NCBI RefSeq assembly: GCF_902652985.1
Contig: NC_047031.1
Coordinates: 15,376,001-15,440,000, forward strand
From: Pecten maximus
Lineage: Eukaryota
Length of the DNA stretch: 64,000 nt
Reading direction: 5' to 3'
Under the pieces are notes generated by a model. That model had not been told where the DNA came from. It was given only the letters and a program-made list of their open reading frames with translations, and ran no database searches. The position numbers and the translations under genes were made by a program. Below, in pieces: positions 50,351 to 64,000 of this stretch (its first letter is position 1; each line of letters begins with the position of its first letter).

Positions 50351-50522
50351 GTGAAAACCAAGCAGAGACATATTGGGAAACAATATTCCAGTGATTGGTA
50401 TTTCAAATGTATGATTCCCTTTCTTTTGATAATTTCGGAAATATGAAAGAAATATATCCACCTTACGAACTGCTCATAATTGTCTTTTTAGTTCATTGTG
50501 GTAAATAATTGTTATATATATA

Positions 50523-50830
50523 TATATTTCTACCACAATACGTTGTGTTATTCCACTCTAAAGCCATTGTATAAATGTGCCGACTGTTGGATATATAGTG
50601 GTATATGACCTTCCGGTCTTTTGATTGGTCAAAAATTCGAACGTTGACCCAAGCTGCAATTGTTATTGACGTCATCAATAATCTAGTGACATCACCGGTT
50701 CCCGGACGTCACCGGTACACTTTATTTGCACACGCGAAATTATACTTTACCACGTTTCGCTGTGATTCAAGCCGATATTATTGTGGTAGAAGTTTGTTTT
50801 TTTTTAAGTTGCAAAAAAACCCCAAAAAAA
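50523..50830 (+). mobile_element. Crypton-like family 1 copy, hairpin mostly deleted
   Basis: Shares gacccaagctgcaattgttattgacgtcatcaataatct… with 15230-15380. Confidence 0.65.
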
Positions 50831-52014
50831 CTCTATATACATCATCTCATTTTCGATGTGTATATTTGGATGCAAATCTCCATATTTATATATTGACATA
50901 CGTTATTCTCCAAAAACATACTTATTTTATATACCTTTTAGTTTATACGTTCTTAGTGCGATACAATTATTCTGATGTAAATTATATGGAATATTTATAG
51001 TATGGAATAAGATAACGTAATGTGTGATATTAATCATATGAGACCACATTCATTATGCTTTAGCTATATATAACTTTATATAACATACATTATAAATGCT
51101 ATATATATTACTTTATGTATTTAATTTTCATCAGTTCTTCAACTAAATCTTATCATTTGATGATATAAAGAAATGCGTTTGTATATACCTAGACAGAGGT
51201 ATTTGTCCACAAACACAGTCAGGACTTTTCCCTATACTACACTATAGACCACAGGCACTCTTGTGTGTTTCCCCAACAGCGTAAACTATACCTTAGGGAG
51301 CTAGCGGTTGTAGCCCTGCCCATACAAAATTAATTGATACTGTCAATGTTCCAGATAACACCATCATACACAAATTGCACTGAATTTCGGTCTCTGAGTA
51401 GTCTTTAATTGCAGGTACGTTGGTTATATAAGACGTCGTAAAACAGACAATACTATATTTTCAATACACCTGTTCAATTGTCGGTAATCTAGGTCAAAAA
51501 AACAGGAAGTGAATTAGGTAATGCCTGACCAGATATATCTACACATTCCTGTAGGCATATGTCCCTAGATACGATGTTTGTTTATATTAGTTACTGATCA
51601 GAAGGGTTTATTTATTCTGTTTGGACATCTATAACGAAGGGTTTACTGAGTTTCAAGACACTTAATTCCGTCAGGTAAACAAAACTGGATTGTGTCAGCA
51701 AGACAACAGAGTTATCATTAAATGTGTCAAGAAGGAAGTCAATTAGTGACTGTGAATTCTGAAAGTAGATATATATGGACAAGGGAAATTAACATTCTGA
51801 TGCAGGGGATGGACAACCTGGATCATCACAGTTACTCTATGATATCATCAGGTAGCTATTTTCCTGCATTGTTACATTATTGTTTTGTTCAAACTGGATG
51901 ATAAATTAGACAATAATTCATTATCTGACATTAAACAAACCCCTAATATAATTGATGTTTAACAATACAGTGTTACTTAAACAACAGACAACGTCAGAAA
52001 TCCTAAACATCAAA

Positions 52015-53600
52015 ATGGCAACAGCCAAAATACCTGTTCGAACAAAAGGTGAGACAAACTGTGTTTATCACAAGAGGAGACAACTGAAATTCTTTTGTGA
52101 AAAATGTCAAGAAATGGTTTGTCCAAAATGCCTTTCGTCTGTTCATAGAGGCCATATTATGTGTGAGCTCAGTGAAATCACTCCTCAGAAGAAACAGGAC
52201 ATTAAAAACTTCATCGACAGAACAGAGCAAGGAGAAATGGTACAAATCCGGAAATACATCACCTCTACTGTAATACACCTCAACGATAACGACAGTACAT
52301 TTGAAAAACTGTCTAATCAGTTGAAGATGCAAACAGACAAATTAAAGCAAAACCTTGACATGCTCACAGAAAAGACACTCAACCTTTATCGGGAAATGAA
52401 AGAGGAAAATACCAAGCGCATACAAAAATACAAGCAGGACCTGGAGATGTATGATATGCAACTCAAACAACAGATACAGGAATGTAGGTGTGTACTCGAG
52501 CGTGGCTCTCACATAGAAATCTTCGACACAGAATGTGAAATAGATTACCAAATACATTTGCCTGTAAATCCTGTCCTGGCTACTGCCAGCTTTATTCCAA
52601 ATGAAAATCCTCAAGGTAACCTGGAACTAGCATTAGGAAAGGTGATCACCTCAGGTCAAGGGCATACCTCAACTGACCAGGATCGGCCAGTCTCAACCCC
52701 TGTTGACCAGGGACAATCCTATACACAGCAACAACAGTCATGTGATAACGGGAAGAAAGCAGTGACAAGGTATAAACTACTGTCAGAGACCAAGGTGGTG
52801 GAAGAGTGGAGGTCTTCATATTACATTGATTCGATATGTCCCACCAATTGATGACCAGGCCTGGACCAGTGATTACTATCGAAACACATTAACACTTTTG
52901 GATAGGAAGGGTACAGTAATGCAGGAGGTCACACACAATGATGTTATCAATGACATCGGCCTGTCACCGACAACAAACAGACTGTGGATCTGTGACAGAG
53001 AAAACAACATCCTGGAATTGGTATCAGGACAACTAACACACAGATTCACAATTAAGGAGCAACCCAGATGTATATGCGTTACAGCAAGTAACCATGTCAT
53101 TGTGGACATGTCCAAGCACATTTCCAAATTTACCACACAAGGTAAGGTGGTGCTTACTATAATGGATGCAGGGACTGGGAAACTATTCGTTTGTACACCG
53201 GACAGGATCACAGAGTGTCCTGTCACTCACAATGTAGCAGTGATTGATTTGTGTGATGAACGTGATGGTGGGGATGGTATCAGACATGTTGCTGTCATGG
53301 ATACTGACTTCCAGCGACTGTTTGTGTACAGAAGTACAATCCGAAGTACATATAAACAAACACTACAAACAAGGTTAAAACCATTTAACCCTTGGAGTGT
53401 GCTGTATGACAGCGTTGGAAACCTCATCATAGGGGACGGGGTTAACGCTTTGGTTCTACTCTTGAGTGGAAGTGGTGAGTTTCTCAGAATCATACACACA
53501 GACACAAAGCAGGATACATGCTGTAGGCGTTGACAGGAAAGATGAGATGTGGTCAGTGTCTGAAGGTAAAGTAAAACTACTTAGGTACAGCAGCATGTGA
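52015..53600 (+). pseudogene. B-box/NHL paralogue G7, full length with two frameshifts (~52848, ~53510)
   Basis: MATAKIPVRTKG…B-box; ends KVKLLRYSSM* (TGA 53598-53600) with a single unamplified terminus. Confidence 0.88.
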
Positions 53601-53619
53601 TACATGTGTTTAAACAACA

Positions 53620-55520
53620 AATTTGATGAAATCAAATCAATAATAATAAACTCAGACGTGGATATTGTTGGTTTAACTGAAATTTGGTTCCATGAGATTC
53701 ACAAAGACTTTCAAATCTTCTTTGCCTTGACAAGAAGTCAAAAGTTGCAGGTGGCGTAGATTTTTATGCTAAACATGATTGTCACCTCGTCAGAAGAGAA
53801 AACTTGTACACTGAAAATACTGAAGGTTTAAGGAATGAGTAGATCTCCCGCATTTGAGACCATTAGTGAAATATGTACAAACCCCCGAACACTGACAGCA
53901 GTCGGACGGAGACTTTCGAATCAGTGCTTGACAGTAATATTTTCTGTAAAGTTTGCTTATTGGAGATTTTCACATGTATACTCCATAAGAAAGTGCTTAC
54001 AGTAATCACGTACACCATCTTGTGTGTAAAATCTTCAACATGAAGAATATGATAACAGTTCATACAAACGTTCTTAGTGATATTGAAAATCATACATATA
54101 TACAGAGAGAATATTGCATCCACCAATATCAGAAGATGACCATTTCCCATTTTGTGATGTAAGATGTAATATAGAAAAAGTGGAAAAACACCACAAAATC
54201 AATACTGATGTTTTATCTCTAATGTTCAAAATGTACCATGGTCATGTTTAGATGATTTTGATGATGTCATTGGCATGCTACAAATGTTCCAATCGTTTTT
54301 TTTAAAAGAAGTTGTAGATAAACATGCATCTTTTAAAGAAAAATAGGACGTTATCGGATGATAATACTTTATATATTCAAATTCGGAACAAACATAAATG
54401 TGAGGGTTATCTTTATCATTATCGGAAGAGGAGAAATAAGGTGATAGCCATGATAAAATCTGAACTTCCAGTTTAGGCCAGTGCAAATATTCCAAAATCT
54501 ATTTGAATAATAACAATTTATTCCCAAATAAGTCTTCTACTGTTTTATAGAAGACCTTGATGACAATTGTATTACAGTACTTATACAAAAAATGTTTCAA
54601 GTATTTTACCAATATGTCAGTCCAAGATGTAAGAGAACCTTATGATGAAAATTCTTCATATTTGTTAATAAAGCTTAAAATATTCACAGCAAGCTAATTG
54701 GAAGGTTAAGTGTTTGACATCCAAAAAGTTGAAATTCCTTATTAAGCTTTGACGTCAACTAAGCCGCATTGCCTGAAGATCAGCGAAAAAATTCTGAAAT
54801 ACTTTGCTAAGGCTATCGCTCTAGTCGTCTTTGAACTACAAATGTCCTTAATGTGTGTATTGATATAAGTTGTTTCTCTGAAAATTGGAAATACGCAATA
54901 GTATGCTTAAGTGAGGTAGTACTATAAATCGGCAAAAGTTCCGGTCTATCACAAGAAGACTTAGCACAATCATTACTGCAGTTCCCCAAAATACACATAC
55001 GCACTCAACATATGCATGCATATCGCACGCACGGGAGGCCGTCCTTAAATGACCTTAGCTTTTAATAGGACGTTAAACAAATAAAACAAAAACATACTTT
55101 TTTAAAGCAGGTTAAAACATGTAATTGCTGTCTAATTAAAGACACCAATTTTGATTTTTTTTTCTATTTATCCAAGTGTTTAGAAAAATACATGTATGTT
55201 CATTTTTATGATAAATTTTTGATTGTAATCAATTTGATTACAGATAACCAGTTTTTTTGTAGACCTAAATATTCAAATCAGTTTCCACTAAACAACATTA
55301 CAAATTCTTGGTTTGACGTAATAGATAAAAGAAAGCTAACTGGTGTACTATTTTTGGATTTCCGTAAGAATTCGATCTTGTTTATCAGCAAATTGTGCTG
55401 TCAGAACAGTACCTTTTGTAAAAGTTATTTGAGCGGGAGATAACTAGTTCTCAATTTGAGGAATACATTACGTGATTATTTCCCCCTTTCTGTTGGGGTC
55501 CTCCAGAGATACATTTGAAA
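53620..55520 (+). mobile_element. Decayed CR1/L2-type LINE ORF2
   Basis: APE remnants DIVGLTEIW, GGVDFY, YKPP; RT remnants KLTGVLFLDFRK and VGVLQ. Confidence 0.65.
54899..55092 (+). mobile_element. 3' half of the Meta-like SINE inside the LINE relic
   Basis: Matches the reverse complement of ~48165-48355. Confidence 0.7.
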
Positions 55521-55949
55521 TGAAACCTTTTCCCCCATAGATATCGACTTGTCTACAATCGATATACTAATCAAAGTTCAACATGACATGTCAATCTGGT
55601 CGGACTATTACGTCCCAAATCGGGATTTATACAAGATAACCATTTACAGGGTCGATCTTCACATTCCTGCGAGTATAGGTACCCATATCTGTTATTTGTT
55701 TGCATGAGTTGCCGATCAGAAGGGTTGCTAAATTTTGTTTGGATAACCATTATGATATCTATTGAGCTTACCGTTTTTCTCTTTCGACATTTTTATTCAG
55801 ATTTTCCACATAAAGTATGCATGATAAAGAAAGAAACAAAGACATGTTTCACACACACGTAAAAACGTAAAATCTCGAATACAAAATAGGAAGCTTAGCT
55901 ATACTAAGTAGGTGAACATAGGAAGGCAGCATTATTAGTATAAACTTAT

Positions 55950-58827
55950 ATTTCAGAACTGATGACAAAAATGCATGAAACAATTCTTTTCTGTCTATTG
56001 ATCAAAAGATTTTGAAAAAGCCTCCATTTATGATTAAATAGAGTGTACTTACTATTTGTTTATATTTTCTGATATTGTAATAGACCACAAATTGTATCTT
56101 TTTACTTTCAAACATGAGCTGTTCTCCTTAAAGACGTTGTTGATAGATATATTGTGTAACAATGAGTATAATAAAGTTGTGGATATCATATTGTTTACCG
56201 ATTTTCCAAACAGTATTTGGTTTTTTGACAGATTTAAATATATACAGGTTTTTAATATCCATTTTTTAAGTAATATCCACAGCCTCTAAACGTGTTCATT
56301 GTGATAAAACTGTTGTTTCTTCTTTACAAAAGGTACAAGTAGGATCATCAAATATATTCATTTAGTAAGATACTAATGTGTTGTCTATATTCTATGTATA
56401 AGCCTACGGAGTCGTATTGACGAGACATCATTAGTTACTTTAAACACTGGTTTCTAATATATTGGAACCCTTTTTTAATATACTTTGTATTAAACCTTAG
56501 TCTAGAAATAAAAATATCGTACATATCTCTACAGCCTTTCTTATTTTTTTAATAGCTTCCAAATAATTCGGAATAAAAGGATGTACAGAGTCGACGATGG
56601 TGTGGTTTTGACGAAACTCAGAAATCATGTTTCTAATAGCTCGTTTCAACCAGTAAAAAGTGTATGAGGTTGAAAAAAATCATATATTCTGCAAAAATCT
56701 TCATAGGAATACAGTTGTCCTTTTTAACACCTTTATCAAACCAGTTTTGATAAAACCTGGTGTGTTATTCACTTTTATATTAGTGTTATACCAGATTAGC
56801 ATTTTCAATTGGTCATATGACTTAATCTTAATGTTTCCAATATACTCCAAATAGGTTAAACATAATTCTTTCCAAAATGGAATTTCATATTTCCGTGAGA
56901 GGTTTATATAATATTTGTATCCTAACACTAACAACCTTTTGATATCTGTGCCACATACATCTAACAGCAATGTTTTACAACTGGCATAAAAAGTTAATAG
57001 TTCTACTCATCCAGGTTTTTTAAGGAATTTATAAATAGAGAAATATGCGTCATTTTAAATATCCCATCTTTGTAGTTCTGTATGATTTGACTCCTGGCAA
57101 CTCTATCTCTAGAGTTCCATATTAATTTAAAACAAATCTTTCTCAATTAGTTTAAAGCATTATCTTCAGGTTTTGGAATGCTAGTAAATAAAATGTTCGT
57201 TTGGGAATGATAAGTGACTAATCACAGTGATTTACTTAATATACTTATTCTTCTTTAATGCCAATTTTTAAGAGAATGGTTAATTTCATTAAGTTTGACT
57301 CTGTAGTTAGCTGAGGCATTTCCGCTAGGTTGATACTTAAAATAATTCCTAGTACAGGGAAAGGCTGGTTTGTCTAATCATGATTCCATTCCTCACAGAA
57401 TGTATTTAAAGAGTTTTTTGTTGATCCTATCCAAACTGCCTTAATATTATCAAAGTTAGAATTTTAACCAGAGTATTTAGAGAATTATTCAAGAAGACCC
57501 AACGTTTTCTTAAGTGCCTTTTCACTACCATTTATTTTTTTGTGTCATCAGCATATTGAAATAATTTGTACTATCCTATTAACTATCTCGATGCCTTTCA
57601 CATCTCTAATAAATCGAATTAGGATACCCGTAATTTCTGCACACTAGACACAAATATACGGTGGGATAGGATCGCCTTGTCGGCAACCTCTTCCTACATC
57701 TTTGTATATTGAGGAACATGGAAAACATATCATTTTCCAGAATACATAGGTTTGCATCGTCATATAATTTTTTTATCCAATTGATAAATTCGGGACAAAT
57801 TTGAAAAAAAAAAGTTAAATGTTTGTATATAAAATGTGAGGACATAGAATTTAATGCCTTTCTGAAATATATTAAAATTAATATTCTTGGTATATTTGTT
57901 GCTCTGTATAGTTCATACTGTCATACAATAATCGAGTATTGTCACCTATATTTCTACTAGAAAGGAATCCATTCTGATTTCCTTGAGTTTAAGTTATCAA
58001 GATTTTTCCCATTCTATTTGCAAGACAAGTCGACAGTACTTTGAAAGAAATATTCAAGTGAGAAATTAGTCTACAATTATTAAGGAATTCCCTGGGTGTA
58101 TTTCCCTTTGGGAACATTATGATTATTCCGACATTTTGAGTGATCGATAGAGCATAAAATGTTCAAAGATCTTAGTAAAAAAAAAAAACATATATTTAAC
58201 TAGTCTTTTTGATATAAAATTCGCCAGGAAACAACAGAACCTGCGGATATATTATTCTTCAATTGCTTTACTGCTTTGATGTTTACTACTATACAGATTT
58301 TAGTAAAACAATTGTTTGTTTCAAGATATCTTTATGTTTGTCTACTAATTCCCCTGTATTCAGTTTTACATGAGAGACTGTTTAGTTGACATAGTTTCTC
58401 TTTCTCTAGACAAGGAAAATATTTTTTGTTGTCTTCTCACCTTCTATCGATTATGCTTAAGAACGAATATATCCACCTTTAAGTTTTCCTCAAGGCAGAT
58501 ACTCTAGCTCTTTCCTCTCCTCATCTGGTAACTCTAGTATAAACGAAGAGCTAGGTGAGTCACATGAATTTTGCAATGAATTGTCCCTTGATATTGTATC
58601 TGTTTTGATTTTAGCAGAGTAAGAAATGGCCATAGCACGAATTTCTAGCATAACTTGTTAATAAAGCTGATAATCTATACAGAATTGAATTTCATTATTG
58701 GACAGATCTTCCACTTTCTCTGGGTTATATATAAGCAACTTATATTTCACTTTAAGATCTTGTATAATTTGTTTAACTTTATTAACACATTGGAAATCGT
58801 TAACAAGCCCATTATTCATCTTCAAGA
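55950..58827 (-). mobile_element. Decayed L1/Tx1-clade LINE ORF2, 5'-truncated
   Basis: Reverse strand: KMNNGLL, NCRLISL, RGCRQGDP (~57670-57690), FQYADDT (~57542-57562), CTFCKEET zinc finger (~56320-56340). Confidence 0.8.
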
Positions 58828-61050
58828 AACCCTTGCCTTTAAAATTATTACAAAAATATTAGCAGAAAGAATAAAAACGTTTCTATCATTCATAGTACAC
58901 CCAGACCAAAAAGGAATTGTGAAAGGCAGAAATATTGAATAAAATATACGCTTAATTCAGGGTGTAGTTGAGTACACGAACATAGAAAATGTTGAGGGTG
59001 GGATTATTTTTCTAAATCAGGAAAAGGCTTTCGATCGAGTAGAATGGAGATGGATTCAAAAATGCTTAATAAATTTGGCTTTGGTGATAAACTTTCTCGA
59101 TGGATTCAAATGACATACATTAACTCTTACAGTCAAATATTAACAAATAGTTTTCTCTCTAAATTCTTCACAATTAGTCGTTCTGTAAAACAAGGTTGCC
59201 CGTTCGCGGCTCTAATCTACATTATACAGGCTGAGCCCTTAGCTTGTACTATACGTAAAAACAAAAATATAACAGGTATATCTATTCCAAGTTTAAACAA
59301 TGTAAACATTGAAGCAAAAATAAGTATGTTTGCAGATTACTCCCAATTGTTTGTAGGATTAGAAAATAGCATAACAGAAAGTTTTAAATCACTTAACAAA
59401 TATGAAAAAGCTTCTGGAGCAAAGGTTAATTATCAGAAAACAAAAGGAATGTACATAGGTATTTGGAAACAAAGACCACCAAGATATACTCAAATAAAAT
59501 GGGTTCAAAATATTAAAGCCTTTGGAATAACTCATTGGTATTACATTGACAAAGAAATACTTTGGGAAGCAAAAATACAAAAAATTAAAACATTGATTGG
59601 TAGATGGGAAAAACGAACTCTTACTGTGCAAGGAAAAATGATAATAATTAAATCACTCCTATTGTCGACAATTACATATGAGGTAGCTCAGACACTAATA
59701 CCGAGTAAGTACAAACAGACAGTAATAAACTCATCTACTCCTTCCTTTGGAAAAGCAAGGTAAATAAGATATCCAAAGAAACTTGCTACAGAGATAAATC
59801 AAGGGATGGGCTTAATATGACAGACGTTGATATGATCTGTAGACAAAGAAGTATAAAAAATATATATATAATTGTAAATTCAGAGCTACAAACCTGGAAT
59901 GCCTTGGGCAAATATTGGCTTCAAAAATACGATAACAAATTTGGTATTAAATTTTTCATATGCAAATGCAGTAGTACAAAATCTTTAGACATGAGTAACA
60001 TACCAGAACTCTATAGATCACAGATACTGGAGTGGCAGTATTTACTGAAAACCTTACCAAAGACTTTGATGAAAGAAAATATTAAAAAAACAAATGCTCC
60101 TTGGAAATGATAAAATAGTTTTCAAAAGGAATCCCATATTTTTTTAAAAATTGGACTAAATCATGTATAATTAGAATTGAGGATATATGGGATGAATCAA
60201 ACATTGACTTTATTATATGACTGGATATCGGAGTTCTCTAGAATAAAACATCCCATACCTAAGAACTGGGTAACAGAACTAAAGACAGATGACCCTTCTT
60301 CGACTGATGACAATAATTTTACAAGAACAGATAACTTAGCTCTAAAATATATCAATAAAGTTATAGAACCAACATATCTAAAAAAAATAAGCTATTGACA
60401 GATATCATATTAGATGATGACGATCAACCTAAAGCACAACAAAAATGGGAATCAATATACGAAAATGAACTCTTAAATTGCAAAAGAATATGGAAAATAA
60501 TGCAAACATCTATTGCAGATAGAAAAAGCAAAGAATTTCATTGGAAATGTCTACATAATATAGTATCAACAAACTATAAATTAATGAAAATGGGACTCTC
60601 GGATGGAAAACGTAACCTCTGTAACATGCATTTAGAAACTCAACAACATTTATTTTATAGATGCATTCTCTCCAAAGAAATATGGAATTATATAGAACCA
60701 GTAATTAATAAAGCAATAAATGGTATTTCCCAACAACACCAAATGTATAAGATTTCTGAAAGGGACGTTATGCTTGGATGTCATCATTTAAATTGCAACT
60801 CTTATTTAGTTATTAATCTAATAATCCATCTACAAAATGGCATATTTGGACATCTGGAAATAAAATAAAATTTGAAAACAAAGCTGAAAGCAAGCAACAG
60901 ATATTAAATAGTATCATACAGTCTTTAAAAATTAATATTTCAATACTAAAGCACTCAAATAAGTTTTCTTATGTCTGGGATTCATTGACGAACATTTTTG
61001 ACAAATAATCATTACGAAAATATGTATATACATGTTGTAATGTGGTATTT
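58828..61050 (+). mobile_element. Decayed L1/Tx1-clade LINE ORF2, 5'-truncated
   Basis: KIITKILAERIK…HPDQKG, QEKAFDRVEW, SVKQGCP, SMFADYS, YEKASGAKVNYQKT, C-terminal CNMHLETQQHLFYRC. Confidence 0.88.
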
Positions 61051-62071
61051 CATAAAATAGTGTGTTTGAAATATTACACTGTAGTGTGCGAATGAGAAAG
61101 TATATATAAATGTAAGATGGGATGATGCGGATATGATGTGAACACATGGTTAAGATAATTAAAGTTTGAGAAAAATGCATGCTATACCAAATTTTATGAC
61201 CAAATTATGTAAAGTTGTGGAACAAAATTGTGAATGAGTCCACTCCTGTGTGAGGGCAAGCAGTGTTAACTATTAATATGCTGATTTTGAATAAAAATAT
61301 TTAAAAAAAAAACCCAATGAAGTCTAGCCTTCTTTATCGGATTGTACCTATAGCGTTTTACGTCTTGAAAATGAACCCTCCAGAGGTTTTGTTCATTTCC
61401 CTTATATGTATATAGGGACCACAGAACCAAATCAATGAATGTGTCGGAGCCTACTGATTGGATATCCAGGTGAGATAAATTTCCAGAGTTGAACACTCCA
61501 TTTAAGCAGGACAGTGGTAAATGTTAACACTATCGTCTATGGGGAATCACTTGGTTCCGTGGTCCCTATATGTACAAAACAGAAAGTGACCAACTTAGCA
61601 TTTTGAAACTGACCTCTGTCAAAGTTTGGTCATTTTCATCAGTTATAGCAGACTAGTCTGAACGTTGTGAATATTACATTTTTAAACTGCAATTGATCTA
61701 GGGGTCGGACCCTGTTTCTTTTTTCATTCTTAGAGAACGTGTCGTGCCCCTGTGGTTCTTGCAGCAGAGTTTACAGCAAGCAGTTTAAAGCTTGTTTTCT
61801 GTTGAGCGATATATACATAACGATATGTATTTAAATACATAAAACAAAGCGTCAGCTGATGTCACTTCACTTTACCCTATTTGCCCTTGAAGCGATGCGA
61901 CGAGCTTTCCGTATGTTCTTCAGTGAAGTAGTCACTAACTACTACACGGATATCCAGTCTCAACGATAAATTAACTTTTACTGTTTGTAAAGGCAAAGCC
62001 GGAAAACGTTTGTCACATATGCGTTTCTATGTATAGCAACTCAAATGTGAACACAGAAATAAGTCTAATAA

Positions 62072-62345
62072 CTATCTGTCCTGCAGGTAGGGCGTAAGAA
62101 TTATACCTGCTGCCCCCCTTGCATGAACGTAAGGGGCGACTAAATGTGGTAAAAATGGTAGTTGCTGATCCTGCCTAGCGCTAAGCATATCAGGAGTCGG
62201 GCGACTGGTTCGCCCGTTGTCAGTATAATGTGACCGGGTGCGGTGTGCTGCTCGGCAAAAGTTCTGGCCTATCGAAAGGAGACTTAACACGAACATACCG
62301 CAGCCTCCCAAAACACACATACGTACTCACCACACGCATGCATTT
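62072..62345. mobile_element. Composite SINE remnants: RTE-type tail on the minus strand (62072-62145) plus a Meta-like core on the plus strand (62146-62345)
   Basis: Reverse complement ttagtcgccccttacg…catg; then aaatggtagttgctgatcctgcctagcgctaagca matching the 48162-48557 SINE. Confidence 0.55.
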
Positions 62346-63116
62346 CGCCATCAACAGAGTTAATCAAAGGGAGGCAATACCAAAATATATGAATGAAGAA
62401 AGATCTTGGTACCAACCATTAGCTTACCTTTATTTGTTCTATAAATGCTCTTTTCTCTGCTTTATGATCTATCAATAACAAAGCATTCATATAAAATCTA
62501 GTATGATACATGATAGATTGCCGTAGAAGAAATCGTTCATGTGAAGATCAATCAACAAAATTTGACAACACCGCAATGTTTAGATTGCGCCGACAAATGG
62601 CATGTCGTAAAAGAAGAAAAACTTCACTAACACAACAACAACTTTCATAATAAGCCATTTAAGCAGGTTAAGTTTATGATATATTTTAACATTTTAAATA
62701 TTGCTTTATAGGAAAAATCATTATCAAATTTCCTATTAAAGTTGACATCGCTTGAGTTCATCAAAATATTACTTTTCCTAGCATGGATTCGTTCAATTCC
62801 ATTTTATTAAAATAAACAATTTCAAATTCAGTCTATAATTACAACATTTCAATTATTTCAATCTAGTTACGAATAAGCCGTGCTATCATCATGTAAAATC
62901 TATCATTTCTTGCAATTTGCTATTATAGATAATTGTTTGCATATATCGATCCCCGTGGCAGTTTGTACTTTCATGGTTGTGTACATAGAAAAGACATCTA
63001 AGCTTAATTACTATACTCTGTTGTTCAGTGCGGTAGTCAGCAACTACAACAAGGCGATTCTGCTTCAAAATGCTATGCATGTTCACAGGGTAATAAACTC
63101 AGCAACCGAAATTGTA

Positions 63117-63710
63117 ACCCAATACACAGATGTATCTACCAACAGTACAGGTATGACTTATTACCCAATACACAGGTGTATATACTCAGAGTACAGGTAT
63201 GTCTTATTACCCAATACAAAGGTGTTTATACTCACAGCACAGGTATGACTTATTACCCTATACACAGGTGTATATACTCAGAGTACAGGTATGTCTTATT
63301 ACCCAATACACAGGTGTATATACTCAGGGTACAGGTATGTCTTATTACCCAATACACAGGTGTTTATACTCACAGCACAGGTATGACTTATTACCCTATA
63401 CACAGGTGTATATACTCAGAGTACAGGTATGTCTTTTTACCCAATACACGGGTGTTTATACTCACAGTACAGGTATGACTTATTACCCAAGTCACAGGTA
63501 TATATACGCATAGTACATGTATTTCTCAATACACAGGTGTACCTACTAACAGTACTGGTATGACTTATATAAAAATACACATGTGTATCTACCCACAGGA
63601 CTGGTATGTTTTATTACCCAATACACATGTATATCTACCCACAGGACTGGTATGTTTTATTACCCATTACACAGGTGTACGTACCCACAGTACAGGTATG
63701 CCTTTCTATC
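63117..63710 (+). repeat. 46-bp tandem array, about 13 units
   Basis: Same family as 43345-43685. Confidence 0.92.
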
Positions 63711-64000
63711 AGTTACACATACTGAATAAAAGATACTTCCCAGGTCAACTGTTTGCGTTTTAATATCACGGTTTGTGAACATGACCCACATTGGCATCTA
63801 TACTTTCTATATATATATTTCTATACAACTGCATGTCTGACGGTTGCCTCACACAACCAAGGCGGATATAATAGAAAACTTCTGGACAGGGAAGTATTAC
63901 TGTTGTTGTATCCGGATCCAACTTTTGTTTACACCAATTAAGGATGAGAAGGATTATTTCATTCTAGAAGGAAACCTGCAACAGCATTTAACAGATATGA
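63711..64000 (+). promoter_or_regulatory. Conserved upstream block of the B-box/NHL genes; predicts another paralogue just beyond the window
   Basis: Colinear with ~43700-43980 (caggtgaactgttgg…aatatcacagtttgtaaacatga…cacacaaccagg), which lies ~400-650 bp 5' of the G5 ATG; also with 39061-39200. Confidence 0.6.

Noticed and set aside
55950-61050. Single LINE with a twin-priming 5' inversion
   Set aside because: Both arms contain their own RT catalytic region and 3' zinc finger with different sequences, so they are two elements.
63176-63763. ORFs of 67-104 aa here and similar ones at 43413-43768
   Set aside because: Translations of the 46-bp tandem repeat.

Overview
AT-rich animal genomic DNA, inferred to be from a bivalve mollusc (spliceosomal introns, tRNA-derived V-, CORE- and Meta-like SINEs, and an expanded family of RING-less B-box/NHL genes). 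The left part (1-17.2 kb) holds the 5' portion of a minus-strand PPIP5K/VIP1 gene: a putative promoter, a probable non-coding exon 1 and six coding exons that splice in frame. Its introns carry nested hAT-type elements, a MITE, HINE-like repeats and a 36-bp minisatellite. Beyond the last visible exon lies a 34-bp satellite interrupted by a Ty3/Gypsy element whose pol ends after RNase H (Gmr1-like order). The right part (20-64 kb) is a plus-strand tandem cluster of intronless B-box/coiled-coil/NHL-propeller (TRIM-like) genes: one intact, three frameshifted, three fragments, and probably another just past the window end. Crypton-like hairpin elements, SINEs and decayed LINEs are interspersed. 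Most notable: the 34-bp satellite is an amplified copy of these genes' own last eight codons plus stop. Because 34 is not a multiple of 3 and the other two frames are stop-free, every reading frame ends in the native KLLQYSSM* terminus, and one copy shows this rescue. A related 46-bp array lies upstream of two units. Copy numbers are estimated as length/unit and no database searches were run.
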